Positions 20,901-29,785 of a stretch of 64,000 nt of DNA are shown one piece after another. A model generated the notes under the pieces. The model was not told where the DNA came from, ran no database searches, and saw only the letters and a program-made list of their open reading frames with translations. The stretch comes from Candidatus Omnitrophota bacterium. GTDB taxonomy: Bacteria; Omnitrophota; Gorgyraeia; Zapsychrales; JANLHA01. Numbering within the stretch: the stretch's first letter is position 1; each line of letters opens with the position of its first letter. The position numbers and the translations under genes were made by a program. The stretch is taken from the NCBI GenBank assembly GCA_029560465.1, contig JAKQKX010000045.1, forward strand, positions 152,260 through 216,259. Direction: 5' to 3'.

Positions 20901-21010
20901 CAATTTCCATCGGAAGACAAAGAATTAACAAATCCAAAAATAATACAGGCAAAAACAGCCCCCATGGCGGCCAAAGTCCGCGTGGACCTGTTGACGCTCC
21001 CTGCTTCCAT
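17945..21010 (-). CDS. Large membrane-anchored multidomain TPR protein
   Basis: About 9-10 N-terminal TM, small beta domain (GLKPGDVLKIYRG), TPRs (AYYQRALVF...LSKAIELNPDFVEAY), uncharacterised C-terminal domains; SD AGGAGG. Confidence 0.8.
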   Translation of the reverse strand: MEAGSVNRSTRTLAAMGAVFACIIFGFVNSLSSDGNCFTRPDMRAQLLARGMVFIMMNLCAHAGFWKAKRWGFYFYTLFWVLLTSVLGDTEDLGSRPDVYLQWFPVLFLIAVGFIFLPWHPAFRLKFFPDRPWPRFIVGYIIFFCYWVVALIGIVGLFMTGMLILYKILGVPVLFGQIFLVGGILGGFSVLFWLLARGLSRRKRWAYVIVILYFLGLLFSGYSQNLKYFSFATWQYYFPAMILMLLAGGFLGLFLSVPVRDFFFKRPQPDSPAAGTGPLPMEGIPGITPNIKRIFTAAGILFLAACVAITVILLWKKDEIAAFSQEVFPLWGLEQNFEKTGVPEFPRVLSVDKKKEAVKVSAGQDWGLKPGDVLKIYRGEEYKGEMTVSEVLPQGSWARPVPPLTVKGIRAKDEVVFDSPLFYYKRGDVYLALNQESAAREDYERVGHLDAQSPLRYLGLGKMAYAAQQYAQAISLLDQAIASDSGLAEAYYQRALVFYAMEDMAQPLADLSKAIELNPDFVEAYRLRLEINLKGSRFEECEADIQSLMGLNAALDPSLLKQLKMESGKMRVTQAPAAQESFKPRANNAKVQTAILPRGQVSSAEDPAGWRRVSFSEATTGQLVPINLEFIVPDGYVPASGDSWSLWGEPKDIKKVSKDMQDPISLFYADQPLFDFFYSMTVGYFADADKFNIEQNKENSKPSPGSKWQRTSIGGYPALISIDDYNGRILYSCHIATTMSTNVVTFTMVSGKSLSREDNESDWMTFLKGIRRPRFKAPPLEGEDATDTLREIKNALIPNGRKAKIRIALKIVAGPENAVERPTFEQDIVLAQGERGFERMDLQGRTSGTAIVTRDGSVSNIEAWEFPIPSIDEERMTREGDQIKVDVTQDGQTFSSEVPFQEFGKYSPAMALLGGQPFAVTQKDLLEDLLGIYDFKQTEAGGKIILRGVGNKDRLKSKMPEASFRNLPEFYHDVDLVEEALRNHGKATVTVNRATHEIEEFIVDGELRMQPVRTVIHFQNE

Positions 21011-21057
21011 AAAACCTCCTGTGTTGAATTATGACAAACCGCTATTCATCAATACAA

Positions 21058-21474
21058 TCAATCCGCCTTCAACAACCGCCAGTTTCTCTCTTTTATAAAT
21101 TCGATGGTCCAAGGATAATCGAATGTCTCTAAATTCCCGATTTTTATAAGGACGGCAATGCCGGCGAACAAGAACTCCACAAAATAAAACATCATAGGGA
21201 AAATCCACCCTACGGCGAACAGGTTCGGGTCCCTGGAATAATAACAAACCAAAAAAGCCACGCCGAAGAATATGATGAGGTACAGGATAAGTGTAATCTG
21301 AAAATTAAATGTTTGCTTGACCTGTTCCCGGACAAAAGGGAATCTTTTCTTGATCGCCCAGACAAACAACGGGAAGAAAGCCAGAGGGACCGGCAGGAAG
21401 AACGAAGCGGGAACGCTTAAATGGCTTGCGATAGCCCACCCCTGACCAGGGAAACCTTTTTTAGACTCTTCCAT
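21058..21474 (-). CDS. DUF4870 (Tic20-like) membrane protein
   Basis: WAIASHLS...PLFVWAIKK..PFVREQVKQTFNFQIT...YPWTIEFIK. Confidence 0.85.
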   Translation of the reverse strand: MEESKKGFPGQGWAIASHLSVPASFFLPVPLAFFPLFVWAIKKRFPFVREQVKQTFNFQITLILYLIIFFGVAFLVCYYSRDPNLFAVGWIFPMMFYFVEFLFAGIAVLIKIGNLETFDYPWTIEFIKERNWRLLKAD

Positions 21475-21663
21475 GAAACGCTCCTTTTAAATAAAAAATA
21501 ATTTTCTTTTTATCCTCCCTCCCCCGGCCCGGTCATCCTCTGAAAAGTTTTCAAGAGAACAATGGGGCACCTTATTAATTTAGCATAAAAACAAAAGCCG
21601 CAAATTATCATTTTCAAATAACTTGCGGCTCCTGATGATCCCGCTCCCGGTCTTTTCTCAAAA

Positions 21664-22185
21664 CTACAGTGTTTGTGCAAACTCGGCGATCACGTCTTCC
21701 GGGACGCCATGGCTCTTCAACACGCGGATGATTTCCTGGACCGCCTCGTCATACAATATCTTGAGTTTAACTTCCAGCTCAAGGGCCTGCTCAGGACCAG
21801 CGGGGAGATTCTTTGATATTTCGGCATACACGTCCGTGATCTTCATGTGATACGCCCTGAGCTCTTCCGGCGGCGTGATTCTTTGTATCGCCTTGTGATA
21901 CTCCGCGTAGCCGGCGGAAACCTTCTTAAGGAGCTCCTCTTGCGACAGGCCGGCCGGGTCGATCTGTGTCGCCGGTAAAATCGTGGTTAACGCTTCCGCC
22001 GCCATCTTATCGGCATAGGGCTTAAAAACACCAACCAGCCATTGGCCCCATTCCGTGGCGGTATCAATTTTATTATAAAAAGCCTCCGCCGCCGGGTTTG
22101 CGTCGAGCGCCCCGGCCCCCCCTTGCGCGAAAGCCGCGCCGCAGGCCAGCATCCCGGCCACTAAAAAAATGAACAATTTCGGCAT
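21664..22185 (-). CDS. Exported hypothetical protein
   Basis: Signal peptide ending AFA; SD GGAGG. Confidence 0.75.
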   Translation of the reverse strand: MPKLFIFLVAGMLACGAAFAQGGAGALDANPAAEAFYNKIDTATEWGQWLVGVFKPYADKMAAEALTTILPATQIDPAGLSQEELLKKVSAGYAEYHKAIQRITPPEELRAYHMKITDVYAEISKNLPAGPEQALELEVKLKILYDEAVQEIIRVLKSHGVPEDVIAEFAQTL

Positions 22186-22287
22186 ACCTCCATGTCTCCT
22201 TTCTGAATGTGAGTCTTATCTGATTCTGAAAATCATTCTTTCACTTATCCTGCTCTCCGGTTCCTCAGGGGCGCCCCGGGCCCGCTT

Positions 22288-24576
22288 TTATGGCCTCCCT
22301 TCCATGGGGGCACGCTCGAGTTTCTGCCAGTTCCCTTCGAGCTCAATGTTAGGATTAAAGTTAACGTTGTCGCTGACGATATATTCGCCGGCGTTGTTGA
22401 CCCACGCGTCTGTGTATCCGGTCGGGAGCTCAACGGGGCGTTGTTCGACCGGGCTGTAATACTCTTCGACGCCGCGGTTGACCTGGCTCCACGCTTTACT
22501 AATACGGTCCTCGGAGGCCTGCTTGCGTTCCCACGATTGCTGCATCATGTCGCTGATTTCGTTATTGGTCTGGCTGATGATCTGGCTGATTTTGCCGGCG
22601 GTGCGGATCTTGCCCATCTCGATGTTATGGAGCGTCTGGCAGAGCTGCAGGTATTTGTTGAACCACTGCAAATTCGGGCGCACCGAGGCAACCATCGCCT
22701 GCATGATCTTGGTGCGGTCCTCAATCTGGCCTTTGGCCGCCCGGATCCCGTAAGCGCGCTGGCCGATTTGGGTGTAAATGTTATACGCCGGAACGTATAC
22801 TGTCTGCAAAACAGCGTAGAGGTCTTCCTCGACGGGTTGCCCGGCAATGGTGTATTCGACGCGCACCTTCCCCGCGCTATAGGTGTTCTGGTATCCCGGG
22901 ATTGATCCTGTTTCAGCCAAGTCAGCCGCGGCGACAGCTTGTGCCCATGCCGGCAATTCCTGTTCACCTATGATCCGGCATTGCACATCGCCACGGAAAC
23001 GCGGGATGATAATCTCTTGAAGGAACTGCATCACGTCGCTCATGGGGGGCCGCACTTCGTTGCCCATATAGTTTGAGCCGGGACCGAACCCCGTTTCGGC
23101 TAACATCCCGCCCCAGCTGAACCCAAGAGTCGGGAACCCTTCAAGCTGTTCCACCCCGTGAGGGTTGAATGTCCGGATATGCACCGTAGCCGGCATCGAC
23201 GGATGTTGACGCCACTCCATCCCGCCTTCCACCTGCCAACCGACCGGAGCAAGGTAAGTAAGCGCCTCTCCCCCGATTCCTTCCGGGCTATCCATGATGC
23301 TGATTTTCTTGAACCGCATGAAGCCGGCCGAGCCAGATGCCGCCGGCACTGATGATGACACAGGCGCGGCATCCAAACGCGGTTGCGAAAGCGGATTTAA
23401 TTTTGCTGGCGAAGCGGCGAGCGGATTGCCGGCTTTCCGTCCCAACACATACGTCGTGCCGTCACTGACTAATGTCAAGGCCGGCCCTTCTAGCGTCGCC
23501 GTGAACGGGAACCGGTCGCCGCCGCTGGTAAACGTGCCTTCAAGCTTTCCCCCAACCAAGCGCGCAGACAGCGGAAACTTCTGGCCGCCCATTTCAATCG
23601 TACCGGTGTAACGGTCGCCGGTCCCGGTGAGGATGACTGTCATTTCCGCGCACGCGAATGTGCCGGCGTATGAAGCACCCGGCAGCGCGCCACCAATATC
23701 AGCAACGGGCGTGGCGGGCAGCGGGCCCGCGTTGTCGATTGGTTTGACCGCGGTCCGCGCGCGCGATGACCCCTGGACACGTGTCTGAACCGTCACGGGG
23801 AAGCCGCCGGGTTGCTGCATCTGCTGCGCACCTTGCGTTACCGATGCGTTCGTCATGTCGCTCTGTAATGTGTTGCCGGTATCGATTTCCACCAGTGACG
23901 TGTCTTTCATGTCGTTGCGCATTTCGTTCTCGCCTTGCCGTTTGGCGAAGGACAAAACGGTTTCAATCTCCGCGACACGACGGCCGGCATATTCTTTAAC
24001 CGAGACAAACCGGCACTTGACGCTCAATTTATCCTGCGGGCCTATCTGGTAAAACTGACGCATCGCAGCAGTGTCGGGCTCCCATTCTTCTCCGACCGCC
24101 ACAGGCCGCGGCGGGAACGACTCCCGTGAAAACGAGAGGTAGCTTTTCAATTCCATCTCAGCCATTGGATCAGCCGGACCTTTAAAGTCATGCGCAACCT
24201 CACCGCGGGCGTCGCGCGTTAACGTAATGGTCTGCCCGCTAAAAGGAAACGGAATCGGCTGTTTTTGCCCTCCCATCTCCATCAACGTCACGCAGTCGTT
24301 CCCGAACGTAAGCCGCACCGACACCGGCACCCCGTCCTTCACGGCGAGCACAGCCATGGTGCCGCTGCGGGTCTGCCGCATGCTCTGTTGCATCTGTTGC
24401 GGCGGTTGGCCCGGGGATGACATCGTGGTGTTCTGCTGCATCTCGCCGCTCTGCTCAAACGCCCAGCTTTGCCCCTCCCGAAACTGCGGCTTTAAGTCGT
24501 ACGTCTGAGCGGCAGCGGAGATTTCCGTGGCCAACACCCATATAAGCAGTTGACTGATGCCTCTAAGTCGGTTCAT
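22288..24576 (-). CDS. Exported multidomain hypothetical protein (about 762 aa)
   Basis: SD AAGGAGAGGGG before ATG 24576; signal peptide ending AAA-Q; Pro/Ala linkers between domains. Confidence 0.8.
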   Translation of the reverse strand: MNRLRGISQLLIWVLATEISAAAQTYDLKPQFREGQSWAFEQSGEMQQNTTMSSPGQPPQQMQQSMRQTRSGTMAVLAVKDGVPVSVRLTFGNDCVTLMEMGGQKQPIPFPFSGQTITLTRDARGEVAHDFKGPADPMAEMELKSYLSFSRESFPPRPVAVGEEWEPDTAAMRQFYQIGPQDKLSVKCRFVSVKEYAGRRVAEIETVLSFAKRQGENEMRNDMKDTSLVEIDTGNTLQSDMTNASVTQGAQQMQQPGGFPVTVQTRVQGSSRARTAVKPIDNAGPLPATPVADIGGALPGASYAGTFACAEMTVILTGTGDRYTGTIEMGGQKFPLSARLVGGKLEGTFTSGGDRFPFTATLEGPALTLVSDGTTYVLGRKAGNPLAASPAKLNPLSQPRLDAAPVSSSVPAASGSAGFMRFKKISIMDSPEGIGGEALTYLAPVGWQVEGGMEWRQHPSMPATVHIRTFNPHGVEQLEGFPTLGFSWGGMLAETGFGPGSNYMGNEVRPPMSDVMQFLQEIIIPRFRGDVQCRIIGEQELPAWAQAVAAADLAETGSIPGYQNTYSAGKVRVEYTIAGQPVEEDLYAVLQTVYVPAYNIYTQIGQRAYGIRAAKGQIEDRTKIMQAMVASVRPNLQWFNKYLQLCQTLHNIEMGKIRTAGKISQIISQTNNEISDMMQQSWERKQASEDRISKAWSQVNRGVEEYYSPVEQRPVELPTGYTDAWVNNAGEYIVSDNVNFNPNIELEGNWQKLERAPMEGRP

Positions 24577-24854
24577 TGTCCCCTCTCCTTTCATCTCATC
24601 GCGTGATTTCGCTACAATCACTTGAATCATTATCTGCCCCTCTCCCCGCTTATACCTAAGAAAGGGATTGTTTCCTTAACAATAGTTTCCATTCTACTCC
24701 AAACAAAAACCCATAACAATCTATTCAACAAAATAACATTCTTCTTCCTCCCTAATTCTCGGCTTTCCTGGACATTCGTGACTGATGTTCCAAGGCGGGC
24801 TGTTGAGAACGCACTTCTCTTGCAAATTTTCAGGTCACCGGTTTTTTACGATTC

Positions 24855-24927
24855 AACGAGCCCTTTAAATTTTGGTGGAAACGCGGGGATCCAGGAAGCC
24901 CGGTTGGAAAATTTTGTTTATTTTCAA
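24855..24927 (-). repeat. Degenerate copy of tmRNA 3' end (old att site)
   Basis: AACGAGCCCTTTAAATTTTGGTGGAAACGCGGGGAT resembles 29591-29627; both are followed 26 bp later by GTTTATTTTCAA. Confidence 0.7.
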
Positions 24928-25158
24928 ACGGCACGTGCCAGCCACCCGGGGCAAGCTTCCTGGTATCTACTGCGTACCAATTGTACAAGGCTCCGCCCCA
25001 AAAAAATTAATCCAGTTTTTTTGATAGGATGAAAGCCCTTGCCTCCAGGGAAGTACTTGGGTGCCGACACGCTTTGAAAAACATTAGGGGAAACGCCGTT
25101 TCGGGGATGGGAATCGATTGTTGTTTGATTTCACAAATAAAAACTTGAATCATCCCAA

Positions 25159-25857
25159 TCAATCCCACCCTGTCGCCGCGTTTGAATAATTCTCTCCGGA
25201 AGTACTATCCGGCGTTGTTTCAGGTTCTATAAGAAAAGCATTTCCTCCGGCTTTGCTCTTTTCTGTTTCCCACCATGCGAGAATTTCCCGCGCGCGTTCT
25301 TCCTGGGTCACTTCTTTAAAAAACGCGTTCCTGCCGAACACATCGGGGGGATAACTATTCCCTAACCCCACAGGATAAGGCCTTGCGCGATACGCTTCTA
25401 TCATGAGAATCGCTTCTTTCCCCACTGTCGATTTATGAGGGAAGGCGGTTAATCCCGGCACAAGGGCAGCGGCCGGCTGATTCGACTTCACATATTTAAT
25501 TAATTCATTCATGTCGGCCCTTCCGATCCACCCCTTATATATTTCTGGTTTTGAAGAACGACTAGGCCCGGCAAGAGGCTGCACGGTCACATTTTGTTTT
25601 GTGGCAAGAAAACGCAATAATTTTAAAGGCCCCGGATGCTTATCTTCTGTAAACAAGAGATAGTAAATAGCGGCAGGCTTGCCTTTCATTTGTTCATGGA
25701 CTGTTTTGCCGATCATTTCTTCATACTCTGTATCCGCGAGGGGTTCAAGGGAAGGGAATTGGGACGATGTGGCTTTTAAGCGGCCAGCGGCAATTATTAA
25801 GAACACGGCCCAAGCAATACACATGGCCACAGTCAGTAATATAAATTTTTTGTTCAT
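25159..25857 (-). CDS. Hypothetical protein with N-terminal membrane anchor
   Basis: 232-aa ORF with a hydrophobic N-terminus. Confidence 0.65.
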   Translation of the reverse strand: MNKKFILLTVAMCIAWAVFLIIAAGRLKATSSQFPSLEPLADTEYEEMIGKTVHEQMKGKPAAIYYLLFTEDKHPGPLKLLRFLATKQNVTVQPLAGPSRSSKPEIYKGWIGRADMNELIKYVKSNQPAAALVPGLTAFPHKSTVGKEAILMIEAYRARPYPVGLGNSYPPDVFGRNAFFKEVTQEERAREILAWWETEKSKAGGNAFLIEPETTPDSTSGENYSNAATGWD

Positions 25858-26173
25858 GTCGATAACCCCGTCCCATGATCCGGTGATTTCTTCATGTCAC
25901 AGGCTGTGCCCCGAGTGGTGTTGGCGGGCCTATTTTTGTTTCTTATAATTCCTCAATCCCCGGATGGCCGCGGTGTTGTCAGACACAAGGTTCTGCCATC
26001 CTGACCGGGCTTTTTCTCTTGAATCAAACCTAGGAAGGATATTTCCTTTTAAAATTATTCTTCTAACTGCTGAAATCACTGGTCTGATGTAACACCGTTA
26101 GGTGCGGATGACTATCCCCTTTGGGGAACCGGCCCCTTCACTTTTCACTTGTATTAACAGACACACACTCCCG

Positions 26174-27607
26174 TCAATGATATGCGCTCAGAGAAATCTT
26201 AATTAGCCTGTTATTTTTATCAAATATAAAGCTTAAATTCCCATACCCCATCCTGTAATCCATAATGTAATTATTTCCCAAGTATGCCTTTCCCCCTTCA
26301 TAATCTGATCCAAACTTTGTGACAATGGTTTCGACAGTTTCATTGTCACTCACATCACGGATGTCGCCTCCAAAAGAGCTATAATTATCATTTACCTGAT
26401 CATCGTTTTTCAGATATAAAGTCAAATCCAATATCTTGTTTTCTTCGATTATAATCTTTAACCCCTTGCCGGGATATTCGTGACTAACATTAAAAATATT
26501 GTCTTCACTTTTTTGCGGTCTTGTTCCGATTATCCTGACAATCTTATCAATATCCACATATTCATTTATTCGCAAAGACCCGAAATATCCTTTTTTCAAA
26601 TCCACTACTAACCTGTTCTTTTCTTCGACCGGCACCCGTTGCCCATCGTATTTCACCAGTCCTTTCGCCTTCTGTCCAGCCTCAAAATCCAGTTTCGCCT
26701 TACAATCATCAATATTATAGCCAAGAAATTTCCATCCGGGTTCCAGCTTCAAAGCCTCATCAAAAGATGATATTGCAGATGTCCAGTCACCTGCATTAAA
26801 ATAGCGCTCCCCTTCTTCCTTGTGCAACGTCGCATCACGCTGCTCTGGCTTGACCCATTTTCCACGGAACTTCACCAGTCCTTTCGCGATCTGCTGCCTT
26901 TCGAATTCAATGCCCACCTGACATTTAGCTATTTTTTCTTTCACGAAATCGTTATCAGGTTCAAATTCCAGGATCTGTTCGTAGGCTTTAATGGCTTTAT
27001 CATATTCTTGACTGGAAAATGCAGCTTGGGCCTGACTCAAAAACAGCTGAACAAGGTTGTTGCGGCAGTCTTGAATCCTGACTTTTGCGCCACCGTTCCC
27101 CGGGTCGACTCTCAATATCTCTTCATAATCGCTGAACGCCGCATAGAAATCACGACTATCATAGGCCTTGGAAGCTACCTGCATAAGGGTCTGGACCTGA
27201 AATAAACCCACATATTCGGCTGCCTTGGCGGCGAACTTTCCCACCGGGAAAGTCCTCAAATACTCATCCAGGAACTGCTGCGAATCACGTACATTCTTAT
27301 GCTTGAAATAATATTCACCTATCCGGAACAATGACTCTTCGCGATATCTCGAATCCGGATAATATTCGTTGATATGGGTAAATTTCAGGAAGGCAAGTTC
27401 ATCATTACCCTTCCTGAGCGCGCTCACTGCCTGCTTATACAAGGCAGTCCCCTCATCGGCACTGGCCAAACTTGGTCCAACACCAAAAAAGCAAAAGGCC
27501 GCAAGAAAGAAACAAGCTAATATTTCTTTCAGGACACGAAAAAGGGAGCCAAAGGGAATAACATGACCTCCTGAATGCTTCTTTATGACAATAGCAGGTA
27601 AATTCAT
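26174..27607 (-). CDS. Exported TPR protein (BamD/CpoB-like N-terminus)
   Basis: LYKQAV...YPDSRYREESLFRIGEYY; repeated TPRs; duplicated AKGLVK(F/Y)xG motif. Confidence 0.8.
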   Translation of the reverse strand: MNLPAIVIKKHSGGHVIPFGSLFRVLKEILACFFLAAFCFFGVGPSLASADEGTALYKQAVSALRKGNDELAFLKFTHINEYYPDSRYREESLFRIGEYYFKHKNVRDSQQFLDEYLRTFPVGKFAAKAAEYVGLFQVQTLMQVASKAYDSRDFYAAFSDYEEILRVDPGNGGAKVRIQDCRNNLVQLFLSQAQAAFSSQEYDKAIKAYEQILEFEPDNDFVKEKIAKCQVGIEFERQQIAKGLVKFRGKWVKPEQRDATLHKEEGERYFNAGDWTSAISSFDEALKLEPGWKFLGYNIDDCKAKLDFEAGQKAKGLVKYDGQRVPVEEKNRLVVDLKKGYFGSLRINEYVDIDKIVRIIGTRPQKSEDNIFNVSHEYPGKGLKIIIEENKILDLTLYLKNDDQVNDNYSSFGGDIRDVSDNETVETIVTKFGSDYEGGKAYLGNNYIMDYRMGYGNLSFIFDKNNRLIKISLSAYH

Positions 27608-27664
27608 AGACCTTATTATATACCACTAACAAAACTAATCAGCCAAACTTCATAAAAATTATCT

Positions 27665-27862
27665 TGACCTTCCCCAAATCGGTGAACAGTTAGTTAAGAC
27701 AGAACACTTTTTTTCGAACTCAACGGGACTCAGATAACCAAGCGTTGAATGAGCCCGCTTGCGATTATAGAACATTTCCACGTATTCAAAAATCCTTCGT
27801 TTGGCTTATTCCCGGGTCCTGAACTTGTACCGATGAACCAGTTCGACCTCAAGCGTGCGGGA
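27665..27862 (-). mobile_element. IS3-family right-end remnant (OrfB C-terminus and IRR)
   Basis: Minus strand reads [43 protein letters not shown] with an internal stop, ending ...GGGGAAGGTCA. Confidence 0.85.
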
Positions 27863-27882
27863 ATTCTGCATTCTGGGTCTGC

Positions 27883-28122
27883 ATTCTGGGGACACGACAC
27901 TTAATTCCTTAAGCAATCTGCCCAAATACTTCACCCCAAAACGTTCAGACTGCTCTTTCAAAATTCTCAATAGCTGATTCTGTCCTCTTTTTTAAAGAAC
28001 ACATCCTGTCGACGGTTGCCACGCTGTACAACATGATGCAGCAGCCCTCCCACTACCACTCTGGCTATCCTTACCATCTCTTACCACATGTCCTCCTCAA
28101 TTAAGTATTGTGTCCCCGGAAT
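27883..28122 (-). pseudogene. Truncated REP-associated (Y1/RAYT-like) tyrosine transposase between 24-bp inverted repeats
   Basis: ATG 28077: MVRIARVVVGGLLHHVVQRGNRRQDVFF then a stop/frameshift; IRs ATTCTGGGGACACGACACTTAATT (27883) and AATTAAGTATTGTGTCCCCGGAAT (28099). Confidence 0.8.
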
Positions 28123-28229
28123 TATGCTTCATTTCATCATACATATCTTTTTCTGATGGAATTTTTTGATTCCGTCCCTTTTGAAATAAATTCTTAATAC
28201 AATTCCTATCTTCATCTCCGGCATTTTGA

Positions 28230-28331
28230 GCCTAACGCAAAAAATAAGGGGCGTAAGCGAACGCCGGATGGGGCGGGCTTGTCCCGCTCAATTGCTTTGA
28301 GGGCGGCGGCCTTGGGGTTTACTGGTTACGG
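28230..28331 (-). other. Integron attC site 1
   Basis: Minus strand CCGTAAC...imperfect palindrome...GTTAGGC, directly after the stop of 28350..28556. Confidence 0.6.
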
Positions 28332-28349
28332 GCTTCAATTTTACTCTCG

Positions 28350-28556
28350 CTACCTTGTTGTTTGTATTGTTGAGCCGTCGTCTCTCGCGACTTCACCAAA
28401 ATGAGTCAGTGATAAAAGTAGTAATCCCATGAATAAAAAACAAAGCAAGCCAATCACTAAAAGGGCTACAGATAATTTTTTATTCTTTTTTATAAGAAAA
28501 AATGCGCATCCCGCCGCGGCAAATACAATTCCAAGAAGGCCGATAATTATTATCAT
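28350..28556 (-). CDS. Small 2-TM gene-cassette protein
   Basis: GTTATAG-GAGAAG-ATG cassette-type start; flanked by attC sites. Confidence 0.65.
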   Translation of the reverse strand: MIIIIGLLGIVFAAAGCAFFLIKKNKKLSVALLVIGLLCFLFMGLLLLSLTHFGEVARDDGSTIQTTR

Positions 28557-28568
28557 ATTGTGCTTCTC

Positions 28569-28657
28569 CTATAACGCCGCAAAGAACAAGCCGAGCCGAG
28601 ATGCTATGCAAAAAACGAGCAAGCCCCCTCGCGGTCTTGTTAATTTGTTTGCTGGCC
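28569..28657 (-). other. Integron attC site 2 (degenerate R'' box)
   Basis: Minus strand GGCCAGC..AACAAGACCG...CGGCTTGTT..GTTATAG with a one-base bulge in the L box. Confidence 0.6.
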
Positions 28658-28683
28658 CTTTCCGCTTCATATGTTATCCACAT

Positions 28684-29121
28684 TCAATAAAGAATGTTAT
28701 CAAAACTGAATGGCTTCGTGCGATAGGTATCCCAAATTTTCGCCGCTTCCTCTTCTGCCCACGCTTCAAAGCCGAGTTTCTTCATCATACACAGTTGGTA
28801 CATTTTCATATTGTGTGGAAAATGTGCTTGATCAGCATAAGGCTGAAAGCGCTCGCATGGGAAATTATCACACTCGTGACAAAAATCGATGCCCTTTTCC
28901 CCGGTGCAGAGGAATATCTCACACGTCTTCTCCGGGTTCAAGAAAGGGATATTGCCTTTCTGAAGGCGGCATCCCTCGCATGTGGCTTTTTCCGGTGGGA
29001 TACCAAGGGCCGTCACCAATTTCTGTAAAATATCAGGATTCTCCTTGGCGAGATAGGCCGGACAGTGAAAACACGGCAATCCGCATGGAGATGTCATTGT
29101 TTTTGCTTTATCCTTGTCCAT
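28684..29121 (-). CDS. DUF3795 Cys-rich protein (gene cassette)
   Basis: SPCGLPCFHCPAY...CEGCR...CEIFLC...KGIDFCHECDNFPC. Confidence 0.85.
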   Translation of the reverse strand: MDKDKAKTMTSPCGLPCFHCPAYLAKENPDILQKLVTALGIPPEKATCEGCRLQKGNIPFLNPEKTCEIFLCTGEKGIDFCHECDNFPCERFQPYADQAHFPHNMKMYQLCMMKKLGFEAWAEEEAAKIWDTYRTKPFSFDNILY

Positions 29122-29173
29122 GGGTATTCCTTCTTTGTTAAGTGTTTAATCCGGGAATCTTAATGATATTTCA

Positions 29174-29230
29174 GGTCAACATTAAGCTCAGCGCCGGCTG
29201 TAAGACGCCCGTTGGATTTTCTTGTTGGGT
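29174..29230 (-). other. Integron attC site 3 (57 bp)
   Basis: Minus strand ACCCAAC-AAGAAAATCCAACGG...GCGCTGAGCTTAAT-GTTGACC, a canonical short attC layout. Confidence 0.7.
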
Positions 29231-29309
29231 CAAGAGGAGTTTTACAAAAACTGGATTAACAAAGAACTCGATCTACACAAAAAAATTCTTGCTTAGCTAG
29301 GGTCATTAC

Positions 29310-29571
29310 AAATTCCTTGGACCATTTATACCGCAATGCCTTCCTTGCGGCAAATCTCCGATATCGGAACATTTCCCCGAAGCCCTTCTAACACAATACG
29401 AATCTTTTCATCCGGCGTGAACTTACGGCGGGTTGCCCTGCGGATTTCTTTAACAACATCTTTCGGCTTGTTCACGGCCTCATTATGGAGCTGAAATCAG
29501 GGTTTCTCAACCCTTAAAACTCTCTCTTAATTCAAGACTCCAATCTGTCTCACTTTTGCTGACGAGGAACA
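29310..29571 (-). mobile_element. IS3-family left-end remnant (IRL and truncated OrfA)
   Basis: TGTTCCTCGTCAGCAAAAGTGAGACAG, then VVKEIRRATRRKFTPDEKIRIVLEGLRG..ISEICRKEGIA and a frameshifted YKWSKEF. Confidence 0.85.
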
Positions 29572-29609
29572 GTATTGAACTTCAATAAGTAGCGAGTCCT
29601 TAAAAATTT

Positions 29610-29626
29610 TGGTGGAGGTGCGGGGA
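29610..29626 (-). repeat. Exact 17-bp duplicate of tmRNA 3' end (att site)
   Basis: TGGTGGAGGTGCGGGGA is identical to 31040-31056. Confidence 0.9.
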
Positions 29627-29785
29627 TACAATTAGAGAAGCAGAAAGAGTCCGTTTATTTTCAATGGGTTACATCAAATATCGTCGATAATGATCCCCCA
29701 AATAATTTCCATACGTTATACAACTTTATACAATTTTTTCCTACGTTTTCACTTTCGATGGGCACTTATTGGGCACCAAAGATAT

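Noticed and set aside
24622-25032. 136-aa plus-strand ORF
   Set aside because: TTG start without SD; spans att-site DNA; no protein features
25085-25135. Possible third ssrA att remnant (GGGGAAACGC...CGGGGAT...GTTTGATTTCA)
   Set aside because: Similarity too short and spacing inconsistent with the two real copies
28429-29141. Plus-strand ORFs 28429..29028 and 28710..29141
   Set aside because: Antisense to the DUF3795 cassette; the first also crosses an attC site
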